A stretch of DNA of 64,000 bases, taken from Picochlorum sp. SENEW3 (lineage: Eukaryota). Positions 42,911-53,374 of this stretch are shown here, one piece after another (position 1 is the stretch's first letter; every line of letters starts with the position of its first letter). Location: assembly GCA_034226945.1 (NCBI GenBank), contig CP120453.1, positions 1,488,001-1,552,000 on the forward strand. The letters run 5' to 3'. The notes under the pieces are model-generated. The model saw only the letters and a program-made list of their open reading frames with translations, was not told the origin of the DNA and made no database searches. Position numbers and translations under genes: made by a program.

Positions 42911-43903
42911 TCATTTTAAACTAAAGTCTACAAAACTATGTGAGTCAGATGTGTTCTGTGCACAGGTGATACAGTAGTGTTGAAGCAGCAGCTTCCACTC
43001 TTCTTCCTCGTCTAGCATTTCTATTCTATTGATCCTTTGGATCTCTTCACGAGGTATGCCGCGATTGAACAAGGATAACATGTCCTCACACATCACATGC
43101 TGCCATCCACAGCATTTCATTCTCTGCTTTTGCTCCTCCAACGAGGACACGATACCCTTGAGCGGGCATCCACGAGCTGATAAATTGATCATCATTTGTT
43201 TTCCAAATGCATCATTTGGATTCACCTGCTCGTATACAATGCAGAGTGACTCTGGGAAAGAGTGTGATACCTGGCGCAACAATGCATTCGAAAATGACAG
43301 TTCCATGTACACAAGGACACATTCAGCCAAAAACAAGGTCGGAGCATCCTCCCGTATCCCACATGTATCCTTTAAAATTCTCATAAAGTCCTCCCCGCGC
43401 CTCACATCCGCACCCACCAAGCAGTACAAATCCTCCATGTCCATCAGCTGATTGTCCTCCAGGATCTTTCTCTTCGCAGCTACCACGTCTTCAAAATCAC
43501 ACTCGATATATTTTGAAACCCTGTCTTGCAGCACACCTTGTTGCCTCAGCTGAAAATACAATGTATCAAACCCGCACCCCAACACAACCACCTGCACTTT
43601 GGCCGAACCTTTGGAATTGCGTTCCAGATAGTCTAGAATCAGAGACTTTATAATGATATGGCGAGCGAAATACCCTCTATTTATGATTGGAGGAAACGAT
43701 CGAGCCCGCATGGCATCAGAAGGCTTGACAAATAGATGGACAAAAGGATCTGAGAAATACCCCCTCTCCACACAGGCTCTGCACAGCACCCTCTTTGTCG
43801 GTGATACACTACATCAAACACAGCCTCGCTGCACCAAGCACACTTACAGTTTACTCATTTGAGCGTCTCCATTTGTCTTTTTGACCCCAGCATCGTAATC
43901 CAT
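42911..43903 (-). CDS. LCMT1: Leucine carboxyl methyltransferase 1 (2 exons)
   Basis: Exons 43903-43848 and 43778-42911. TNGDAQMSKLACVERGY, PIINRGYFAR, LGCGFDT, AECVLVYM, DEEEEW. Confidence 0.93.
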
Positions 43904-44010
43904 AACAAAACCGTGCCACGTTGTCTGTCGGCAAACGCAAAGGTGTTGCGCTGCTGGGCACACTCACTGGATAGTAATGGAAACACTATACTATTACTAT
44001 GATCAAATTA

Positions 44011-44050
44011 TAATGATATAATATAATATAATAATATAATAATATAATAT
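44011..44050. repeat. AT-only (AATAT/AAT)n low-complexity tract
   Basis: taatgatataatataatataataatataataatataatat read directly. Confidence 0.8.
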
Positions 44051-44101
44051 GTCATCACAGCCTCCTGGACTGTCCAAACATTCCCAAATTTTGAATACAT
44101 T

Positions 44102-44132
44102 TCTAGATCTCTAGAGATCTCTCAGATCTAGA
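44102..44132. promoter_or_regulatory. Palindromic AGATCT/TCTAGA cluster
   Basis: TCTAGATCTCTAGAGATCTCTCAGATCTAGA, containing the perfect 16-bp palindrome AGATCTCTAGAGATCT, about 200 nt upstream of LCMT1. The regulatory role is inferred. Confidence 0.4.
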
Positions 44133-44194
44133 TGTCGGCTTGGAGAGACCATCATGACAATGTTCCATATATATGTATATATACAGACCTAGTC

Positions 44195-44635
44195 TCACAC
44201 ACGCTGCTCCTGATCCGAACTGCTACGGAGTTTCCTCAGCAGCTCCATCTTCAGCTGCAAGCCCTTCTCAGAGTCCAAATCCTTCTCCTTGGTATACAGA
44301 ATGTAATTGTCTAGCCCTCCTGCCTTGTCTATACTCCTTAAAGCAGACGGCGTCACTTTAAATCGCACTTTTCTATCAAGTATGTCGCTATACAAGGAGG
44401 CATTCTGAGCATTGGGTTTCCACACCCTCCTGGTTCTGCAGAGAGCGAAATAAACATGTCCTAAATCGCTCATAATCACCATAAAATCACTATGTAAGAC
44501 TCATAAGTACCTGTTGCCTCCATCTTTGCTCACGTTATTACCAGACAGGACCCGTTTGCCTGCGAATAGTCCCCTTTTCGTCCTCTTTGATATATGACGA
44601 ACAAAGAGGATCACTCCTCCGGGCAGTGAGAGCAT
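44195..44635 (-). CDS. MRPL28: Mitochondrial ribosomal protein bL28m (2 exons)
   Basis: Exons 44635-44511 and 44435-44195. RGLFAGKRVLSGNNVSKDGGNRTRRVWKPN...ALRSIDKAGGLDNYIL. Confidence 0.93.
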
Positions 44636-44848
44636 TATAGATGTAAAATAAGTTTATAAATGCACATCTGATGACGAATCATCGACTTCACACTTGAGGA
44701 GGAGCAGCTGCTGCAGACCGTGAGTTGCTTAATTGAAACTATTAAAAACGTCTTTTTTTTCACGTGCATTGAAGATGCTCTTCCAATGTCGAAACCGATG
44801 ACGGAATTTTACACCATTTGACAAAATATACTGGCATGGAATGATACA

Positions 44849-45228
44849 ATGGGTCTTTTATCGCATGCTCTCGTTCAGGTGGTGGTTGCTTCGGTTCTGT
44901 TGGGAGCGTTGAAACGAGCTGGAATTGTCAGGTAGACAGAATGCGCATGTAACAATTGTATGTACGTAATTGATACTGACCAGGATCCGTGCATCTATGG
45001 CGCAGGATTGATGCCAATGCCATTCAAGACGAAAGAGTCAGAAAGGCTTTCACCCAAGCGGTAGGTTGATTCGTATCAGTATCCTCCCTATACATAGAGA
45101 GAGCGTCATATAATGATGACGGTCCACAAATATCACGTGTGAGCCCATCTTTTCTGTAGGTGGATCTAGGAGAGTCGATTGCTGAGAAGGGTTGTGTCGT
45201 TGCAGATTCTCTCAAGAAGGCTCAATGA
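44849..45228 (+). CDS. 68-aa small membrane protein, DUF1748-like (3 exons; not in ORF track)
   Basis: Exons 44849-44931, 45006-45060, 45160-45228 with phase-consistent GT-AG introns. MGLLSHALVQVVVASVLLGALKRAGIVRIDANAIQDERVRKAFTQAVDLGESIAEKGCVVADSLKKAQ. Confidence 0.75.
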
Positions 45229-45271
45229 CCATCATCATTTCTGTCTGCAAATGATTCGTCCCACATGCACA

Positions 45272-45731
45272 TCATCCTCTGCAGAGCTTTAATTTCTTGA
45301 AAAAGGGTGATATGACAGATTTCCTTTGGGGGGCGGATGCTAGTGCAGTGGGCAAGTTTTCTGGCTGTTCAATCCATAACTTGTGTGGGATTCCTGCCTC
45401 TTGTAATTTTGACGCAATCTGTAGTAACTGCGCCTCATCAGGCGCCTCTAGCACAACCTATATAGACATCACGCGCGATGCTATGATTTTCATGATGCAG
45501 TCAATCACACATTCAAGCAACAGTCCACCATACCTTTCTCATATGATCCAAGTTCCCAGATGAGCAGTATTCTGCAGTCTCTGCAGACTCTTTGCTCACC
45601 CACAAAGCAGCTGTTGCGGCATGGCACCCTTGCGCAACGATGCTCCCAAGGGGCCACTTGTGCTCCTTCCACAGGTCCCTTCGAAGAGCAACATATTGTA
45701 AAAGTGGGTCTTTGTCCTGCTGTGCGCTCAT
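45272..45731 (-). CDS. PTRHD1: Peptidyl-tRNA hydrolase domain protein PTRHD1 (2 exons)
   Basis: Exons 45731-45534 and 45457-45272. LQYVALRRDL...WPLGSIVAQGCHA...MRKVVLE...HKLWIEQPENLPT. Confidence 0.92.
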
Positions 45732-45937
45732 TACCACTCCTTTAGCGGTATAATATCTCGTTTTATTAATTGTATTATATCCCCGGTGTATTATGACGTG
45801 TTTCCAAGCGAATCGCGTGCCCTGTGGGTGGATGCCTTGGAAACAATGCATCGTACACAGCAGCTCTATGCATATAATAATGCTTTATATTTAGAATGTA
45901 CTGTATACAGAATGAAAATAGGATTCTATGATGACCA

Positions 45938-46958
45938 TCATCGGGCAACCAGGCCTGCATCCTTGTCCCACTGCTCTGCAGACTTGACCTGGTCGATAAT
46001 CTGCTTCTCTGGACTCACAATGCCATCGATAATACCGTACGCCAGCGCATCCTTTGGCTGCATATACAATGGCCTCTGAATATCCTTCTCCAACTTTTCA
46101 GTATCATGACCAGTCGTCCTGGACATGATCTCCAACAAATTCTGCTTCTGTGCCAAGACTTCCCTCCACTTGATCTCCACCTCGATAGCCTGGCGCTGAC
46201 CAGTAGGAGGCACGCGAGGCTGATGCATCATTGCCGTCGCGTGCTCCAGCATAAACCTCTTGCCCTTCTCTCCTGCCGACAACAGCATGCAAGCCTGCCC
46301 AATGGCCACGCCCACCCCAACTGTGTGAATCTCATTCTTCACAAATGTCATGGCGTCATATATAGCGGTACCTTCTGTCTCGAATCCCACAGTTTCGCCA
46401 TCAGCACGGGTTGTACCAGTCGAATTGATGTACAGATATATTGGCTTGGATCTATCCTTGTGCTGCAGATACAAGAGCTCTGCTATGATGAGCTCTGTCA
46501 CAGCAGGGACCAACTGCAAGGCGGATTCATGTGATATCGTTACTATACCCATTCGATGAAAATTGATGACAAACTATAGTAATACTAGTAGGCGCACGCA
46601 CCGGCATTCCCAAGTACACAATCCTGCTGTCCAACAACAGTGAGGGCAAGTCTGGAGGTGGAGTCTGCGGTTTGTGCCCATCGTATGAAGCAGCAGCAGC
46701 CTCTCCTGGTGCCCCTGTCCCTGAATTTTGAATATTCATATTCGTCTGGCCACTGGGTGGTAACCACAACGAGCGGTCGTGCACCAGAGAAGGACCCGTG
46801 TACCTGCTCTGTCCACTCGAGTCGTGCACAGCTGCTCTAGGAATCACTGCTCTTCTCCTTCTCCCCTCACATGTCACAGCATTTCTATTCTTCCTATGAC
46901 TATCATTGCTACTACTAGATTGAATTCTCCCACTGCGTGAGAGACTCATGGCAGACAT
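45938..46958 (-). CDS. CLPR3: Plastid Clp non-proteolytic subunit, ClpR3-like (2 exons)
   Basis: Exons 46958-46602 and 46513-45938. PPPDLPSLLLDSRIVYLGMPLVPAVTELI and the INSTGTTRADGE insertion. The catalytic Ser position is replaced (AIGQAC). Confidence 0.85.
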
Positions 46959-47304
46959 TGTCGTCTCCTCTACTCGCGTATCGTACACTCTGATGAAATC
47001 CCCGAATATATTTAATTGATTTACTAAATCAATATCTTTTTCTCAGAATGGACAAGGCCAGTAATATCGCCATCGTCGGCAGGTCAGCCGAGGTCTTCAC
47101 AAACTCATGGAGATCTAGATCTTTAAAGATCGTTGCCTGTCCAATATAAAGGCTCCGTCTCATGTCACATTGCGGTCATATATTCTTTTCCAAAATAGGT
47201 GCTCATTCAGTGGCTGGGAACAAGGACGTGTGGTGGGAATGCATGTAGAGGTGGTGTGAGTTAGAAGAGGGTCAATCTTCTTTTCAAACTCGTGCTCTAG
47301 GACC

Positions 47305-48207
47305 ATGGGGCCTCCTAAGCAGAGTGGAAGCAACATTCAGAATGTTCTAAATAAGTTTAGAACTGATTTGAGTAGGAATGCCAAGGTTCTCGCGGATGGA
47401 GCCAAGGCACGGGAGGAGAAGATTCGGCAGAAGAGCTCTGCGTCACGTCGTCCGACCACGCAGAAGAGCAGGAAGGGAAAGTCTTCGTCAAAAGGTCAAA
47501 CAAATGCTTCCTCTGGTGGTAAAGGAGAGCAGGCGTGGATGAATGACGCCAAAGGCCCGGAGGAGCTTCCTCTTGGGTTGAGGCAGAAGCAGGTGATTGA
47601 CCACATCAAGGACAGGGAAGCGCCTGTCTCGATCGAAGAAATATTGAATGCAACTGGACGGAACGTAGAGATAGAGGCAGATTTGAAGAGGGCATTAGAG
47701 GCGCATCCGAAGGTTGCGATCGATGGGGCGACTGGAATGTATACGTATGTGCCCGATGCGCACGTGAAGAACAAACAGCAGCTGCTGGACTATATCAGGG
47801 CGTCCGGGGCGCCTGTTCCTGTGCCGGAGATTTTAGACTCGTACAAACAGGTTACCGAAGATATTATTTCTTTAAAAAAATCGAAGGATATTATCGGGCT
47901 GTACAGCTACCATCCCGACTTGAACTGTGAGGTGTTGTATGCCTTGGACCCTGCTCTGGCTGGCCTCGAAGCTGATGGTGACGTTTCCGCTCTTTGGGCC
48001 AACTTCCCCCTTCCCGACACGGATGAGGGCATGGACGAAGCATTAAAGAAGGCAGGTATTGCACCGGCACCAAGGAAGGAGAAACCAAAACGGATTGTGT
48101 CCGAGAAGAAGAAGAAGAAGAGGAAGCAGACCAAGCTTCGGGCTGTGACCAACATGCATTTGATGCATTTGCTCGAGGGAGAAGGGCCCACCATGATTGA
48201 CGGGTAG
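47305..48207 (+). CDS. GTF2E2: General transcription factor TFIIE beta subunit
   Basis: Winged-helix region HPKV...YTYVP...VKNKQQLL, basic tail KKKKKRKQTKLRAVTNMHL. Confidence 0.85.
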   Translation: MGPPKQSGSNIQNVLNKFRTDLSRNAKVLADGAKAREEKIRQKSSASRRPTTQKSRKGKSSSKGQTNASSGGKGEQAWMNDAKGPEELPLGLRQKQVIDHIKDREAPVSIEEILNATGRNVEIEADLKRALEAHPKVAIDGATGMYTYVPDAHVKNKQQLLDYIRASGAPVPVPEILDSYKQVTEDIISLKKSKDIIGLYSYHPDLNCEVLYALDPALAGLEADGDVSALWANFPLPDTDEGMDEALKKAGIAPAPRKEKPKRIVSEKKKKKRKQTKLRAVTNMHLMHLLEGEGPTMIDG

Positions 48208-48276
48208 AACCCGATCCTTATTTATTACGTACTTACTATCTGTTTTACAAATATATATATATAGTGAAGACAGAAA

Positions 48277-49009
48277 TCAATTTCTTGGCTTCTCCTTCTT
48301 TCCTCTGAAGAGGGCAATGAGGGACACACCAGACACCTTGACAACCTTGAAACGCACTCCTGGAATATCTCCGACAGCGTGTCCACGACGACCGAAACCA
48401 GCAATCAACACTTCATCGTTCTCCTCGATAAAGTTCAAGCATCCATCATTGGGGACGAATGCAGCAATCTTCTTTCCGTTCTTGATCAACTGCACACGAG
48501 CACACTTACGAATGGCAGAGTTTGGCTGCTTGGCCTCAATGCCGATCTTCTCCACTACGATTCCCTTGGCGTGGGAAGCTCCAGCGAATGGCTTCTTATA
48601 TTCACTACCCAAGTTAGACTTTTTGTAATCCTTATCGGCCCATCGCTCTTCACGACGGTGCAAGCGAAGCTTGCGCCCAGCTCCCATACCACGTGTCTTA
48701 CCTGCAGATACAGAAGGACAAGATTATTATCGATATTCATCAGACAATGCAATGCTACTCGGCCATCCACCCCTCGTCTTCCCACCGTCGGCGAAGATGC
48801 CACGGTCAGAGTGCCACGCCCTCCATCTCTTCCATGGAAACATGGAGTCCCAGGAACATCTATGAAGAATATTTTAAACGAGTGCACTGTCCAACCATCC
48901 TATCACCCATGTGTTTGGAGAAGAATGTCTGCTATCGTGGCCAAAGACACAAGACGGCGGCAGTCGAGTGACAATTCCTGATACAGACGCCACCACACAA
49001 CGTACCCAT
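48277..49009 (-). CDS. RPS23: 40S ribosomal protein S23 (uS12) (2 exons)
   Basis: A 4-nt first coding exon 49009-49006 (ATGG) plus 48701-48277 gives [13 protein letters not shown]...[10 protein letters not shown]...[10 protein letters not shown]. Confidence 0.98.
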
Positions 49010-49358
49010 GGTTGTTTTTTATCTATAAGTTATCTGGTAGTAGTATCAAAATATTTTATATGAGCAGGACGGGGACTTGGCGATACAAACATGCCCAAGT
49101 TCCACTGTTAGCGAGCACGTCAAGTGATGCGGTCCAGCATTGCCTTTGATGGTAGAACTAGTTGCGCAGGTGCCATCGAGGTGTTTGTGCCAAGCAGAGC
49201 CATCATAGAGCCGGGTCGGGCTGGTCATCTACCATATGTATTCCAAAGTTGGATGAAACCTGGCAGTGATCAGATTTCACGGGCGGTGGTACGACTTTGA
49301 AGACTTTGCATGGCAACGGAGTTTGGGCAGAGTGCTCTTTTGTGACGACAATAATGAA

Positions 49359-51050
49359 ATGTGTTCTGGGCTGAGAGGCATTCGTTATTCATCCTATTGC
49401 TATCGCTTGTTCTTTCGTAATTACAGCGTCGCTCGCTGCGTCAGGAATTTGTCTGGGGACGGGCAGGTGAGTGGTATCACAGCCAGCAGGGTGCGTTCTA
49501 GGCTTTGCTTTGGGGTAGTGACGCAGAGACCGTTGAGTTCGTACGCATCGATGGCGCAAAGTGATGGAAAGAGGAGCCTGGCGAGTGGCCAGATGCAGGA
49601 GAGTGAGAGCAATGCTGCTGTGGGAGTGCCCCAGCCTCGTTTGACAAAGAAGAGAAAGGTCATGCCTCCTTCCGTACAGTATAGGGTTCGTATACAGCAA
49701 GCAGCCAAGAAGCATACGATAGATGATGCTTTTGCAGCATTTGAGCAGGCCAAGGCAGAAAATGTGCGGTTGTCGCCTGATTGTTTCGTGACGCTCCTCT
49801 TCCTCGCTGCCGGAGGTGACTCTTGGGAAGAGTTGGTGCATTGCCGGGAGAAACGAGAGGAATATTTGAAAACCGAAAGGCTTCAAAAGTGCGATGAGAT
49901 CCTTGAGTGCTTGGTGTCGAGCGGGTCTCCCATGGTGGAGATGTGTTATACGGCACTGGCTCGTCGGGATGCCATTCTGGGCAGGGGATCGTCGGCCCTG
50001 AGCCTTGCAAACCAAGTCACGGAAGACACGACATTGTCGCAGCGTTTAAGGTGTTATTTACCAGCTTTAGTCTCATTTACTGCTGCTGGGGACGCAATGG
50101 GGGCCATGGAGACGTATCGTAACATCATGGCAGCTGGCTTGGAGCCAGGCGAGATTGAATTTCAGAAAATAATCCAGGCATTATCCAATAGCGATAGCAC
50201 AGACGATATTACATGGGAAACAGTAGAATCACTTTTGTTGCACATGTCGAGAGAGACTACACAATTAACGAAAGAAACCATTAGCGAATTGTCGCGTCTG
50301 TTCACATCTCAAAGACCTCCACAGCCATGGACCGTGGAGACGTGCTCGGTCCACGATGATGGGTTCTGTGAATTTTGCAATGATAAGTTGCAAGCAATCG
50401 ATTTGACTGAAGAGGAATATGAACAGTTTAGCTCTGGTATCGCATCTCTTGCTGGCAAGCAGGCAAAGCAGCCTGAGGACTTTGGCACCTTTGTAGAATG
50501 GCTCAAAAGCCATGGTCCTTTCGGAGTTATCATCGATGCTGCAAATGTGGCTTTCTACGGGCAAAATTTCGACACGGGTGGATTTAATTTTGGACAGATT
50601 GAGGCAGTGGTTGATAGGGTGAGACGAGACTTCCCGGACCTGAAGCCCTTGGTCATTCTTCACATCAACCGGACCAAAGGGCACCTCGCGAACAGCCAAA
50701 AAGCAAAAGCCCTTCTTACAGACCTAACAGAAAAAAATTCATTCTATGCCGCGCCACATGGTTCCAATGACGATTGGTATTGGATGTATGCAGCTGTTGC
50801 TGCAGGACAGAGGGGACTTTTGGTGTCCAATGATGAGATGAGGGATCACTTGTTCAATTTGCTCTCACCCAAGTACTTTGATAAATGGAAACAAAGACAT
50901 CAAATGAGGTATACGTTTGCTGGAGACGTGACTACTTTGGAGTTTCAGAGCCCGCCACCGTACACACGATGCACCCAGCATTTGTCCAATGGTTGCTGGA
51001 TGTTCCCAGCTGATGATGGCACGTGGCTCGGCGCCAAAATCGATGGATAG
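49359..51050 (+). CDS. PRORP: Proteinaceous RNase P (PPR + NYN nuclease)
   Basis: PPR-like helices (RLRCYLPAL), CxxC zinc site, IIDAANV, SNDDWYWMYAA, VSNDEMRDH. Confidence 0.95.
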   Translation: MCSGLRGIRYSSYCYRLFFRNYSVARCVRNLSGDGQVSGITASRVRSRLCFGVVTQRPLSSYASMAQSDGKRSLASGQMQESESNAAVGVPQPRLTKKRKVMPPSVQYRVRIQQAAKKHTIDDAFAAFEQAKAENVRLSPDCFVTLLFLAAGGDSWEELVHCREKREEYLKTERLQKCDEILECLVSSGSPMVEMCYTALARRDAILGRGSSALSLANQVTEDTTLSQRLRCYLPALVSFTAAGDAMGAMETYRNIMAAGLEPGEIEFQKIIQALSNSDSTDDITWETVESLLLHMSRETTQLTKETISELSRLFTSQRPPQPWTVETCSVHDDGFCEFCNDKLQAIDLTEEEYEQFSSGIASLAGKQAKQPEDFGTFVEWLKSHGPFGVIIDAANVAFYGQNFDTGGFNFGQIEAVVDRVRRDFPDLKPLVILHINRTKGHLANSQKAKALLTDLTEKNSFYAAPHGSNDDWYWMYAAVAAGQRGLLVSNDEMRDHLFNLLSPKYFDKWKQRHQMRYTFAGDVTTLEFQSPPPYTRCTQHLSNGCWMFPADDGTWLGAKIDG

Positions 51051-51080
51051 AATATTTCTATATATTTACATAAATTATTG

Positions 51081-53014
51081 TTATACACCACTTCTTCGAC
51101 CCAATTCGGCAAGACCATTCACCATGTCCTCGCCATTGATCAGTTCAGTTGCCCCATACACAATCAACTTTGGGGTGGGTTGAGCACGCGCCGCCCACGA
51201 CGCGAGCGAGGCCCATTCCGTATAGTTACCGCCACCAATAAGGAAAACAATAGCATCGTTGAACACTGATTGAGACCTTCCTGCATTCCCAGGGGCAGAC
51301 TTGGGATCTAGGAAAAGATAGCCCTCGGTTTCTGGGGACGTTTTCCCTTCCATCAAAGACTCCATAGCAACTGTCACGGCAGCTTCCTGTTGCCCTGTCA
51401 ATAGATTTTTAACGCCTTTTGTCAGATTGGTCAGCCCTTGGCCAAAAGAAGACCCGAGAAAGTCTGCCGCGAATTGTCCCCCAATGGCAGGATCAGAAGC
51501 TGCTGCACTCTTGTTCTTGCCCATCAGATTCATCCGCCGCATCCTCTTCACATACACCCATGCTGTCATATCCGCTCCGCTATTCTTCAAGGGTTCTTCA
51601 ATTGAATTACACTCTTCCTCTGTCGGAGCAGAAGGCATTGTCAGCAACCACACCAGTGCCAACCTCAGCTTGTCGCTTGCAGTCCCTTCGTTGCCGTTCA
51701 AACGATCTATGACATCCTGCATGGTATGCTTCCCTGCTACCAAATCCTCTTCCAAGGAATAGTAATGGTCAAGCTTGCGCTCTTTGATAACTTGTAGCAA
51801 CGCCGTCGCTATGTTTGTGTGTTTGTCAATATTCTTCTTTCTCTCTGTCAATTCTGGCAAAGCTGTAAGAGCTGATTTCAAACCCTTTGTAGAGTTAGAC
51901 ATCAGATCAGAAGGGTCTATCACTGCATTTGGATCAATATTTGCACCAGTGGATCGATTGAGTTCTTCTACAGATTCTTTATACTGCTTCAATTCACTCT
52001 CAACCTGCTCTGCAATCTTAGGAAACTGCTCCTTCCCATGCTCCTCCCAAAACGTGTCTTTACTATCCAAATCATGCGATTTGCCATTCAAATAAGGTGA
52101 AGCCGATGTCCTGTTCAACTTCAACCCGAGCACATCATGAACTAGAGGCTTGTAAGCCCAAGAATGCTGAACTGCAACACTCAGCTCAAAATTCCTGTCA
52201 AACAAACACAAAAGGGGTCGATGCAGCGACGTCGATAGACCCGCACCAGAGCTTTCAGTAAACAAATTGGTTCTACTTTGCAAAGCCTCGCGCAATCTCT
52301 CATCCAGCGATCGAGCCACGTGCTCTGCTGCGCCACCAGGTGGCGAGCACAGAATTGGAACAACTCCAGATGTCGCCAACATACAAAAAATACCGTCCAC
52401 AACTCTACCTATGGTATTCTCTATAAGTGTGTCCTTTGACTGCGGATCGTTCAGCTCCAAGTAGACGCTGGGAAGGCCCAGTGAAAATAGACCTCTGTCC
52501 AGACTGAGAAACCTAGCATACTGATCATACACCTGGGCAATCCTTGCCGACGCATTCCCCTCCACCACACGCGTGGCCAACTTCTCCATCATAGACTGAC
52601 TGATCTTCGAGCTGAAATTCAGATGAAAGGTATCGTACAGACCCTGTTTGGCATCCTCTGCTATCCTGGCAATGTTTTCTTCACTTGGCTCCACAAAATA
52701 CACCGCTGCAACGTCCGGAATCGGCTGCCTTTCCGACGTAATTTGCATATGGAGAGTCACACCATTATTTCGAAGCTCATCAACTCGCAAAAGAGGGGCA
52801 ACAATATCTTTGGTCACCGAATCCAGCACCAAGACTTTGTACGACTCGTCCTCCGTTCTGCCATGAGAAACAGATGGCTTGCTATTGAAGTGCAGCATCC
52901 GCACCAATAACTCTACAAACAAAATCAAACGGGTTCTGATGAGATCATTCACACACAGAAGCACCCAGTGATCACCAACAGACCTTTCTGTTTCTTCCTC
53001 ACATCTAGTCCCAT
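51081..53014 (-). CDS. SLY1: Sec1/Munc18 family protein SLY1 (2 exons)
   Basis: Exons 53014-52984 and 52912-51081. YKVLVLD...LRNNGVTLH...[32 protein letters not shown]. Confidence 0.95.
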
Positions 53015-53374
53015 CGTGACTTCTATCTTCTCCTATATCTAGTGATAACTACTAGTAATAATCATGTACATTTTTTCTTCTCGTCGCTTTACCAAGCAGA
53101 AGTCTTTTGGTCGGGATGGATCAATTCCTTTTCTTTTTGAAGGAATCCTCCTTCGCGAAGGGCCGGGTCAAAAGCTGGACCAGCCTTCCTTATTGTTATT
53201 TCATATCGTACTGCTGAATATCGGGAGCTAATAGTAGTGTCAAGAGCATGTGTCTGTGATTTGAGGCGAACGAATTGCAGTCACTCGCGTCTCTGGCCAT
53301 TCGAGAGGAAATACAACCGAACCAGAGTTTGTTGTATCTTTCATTATATCAGTAACAAATTCTGTCACAGGAAT

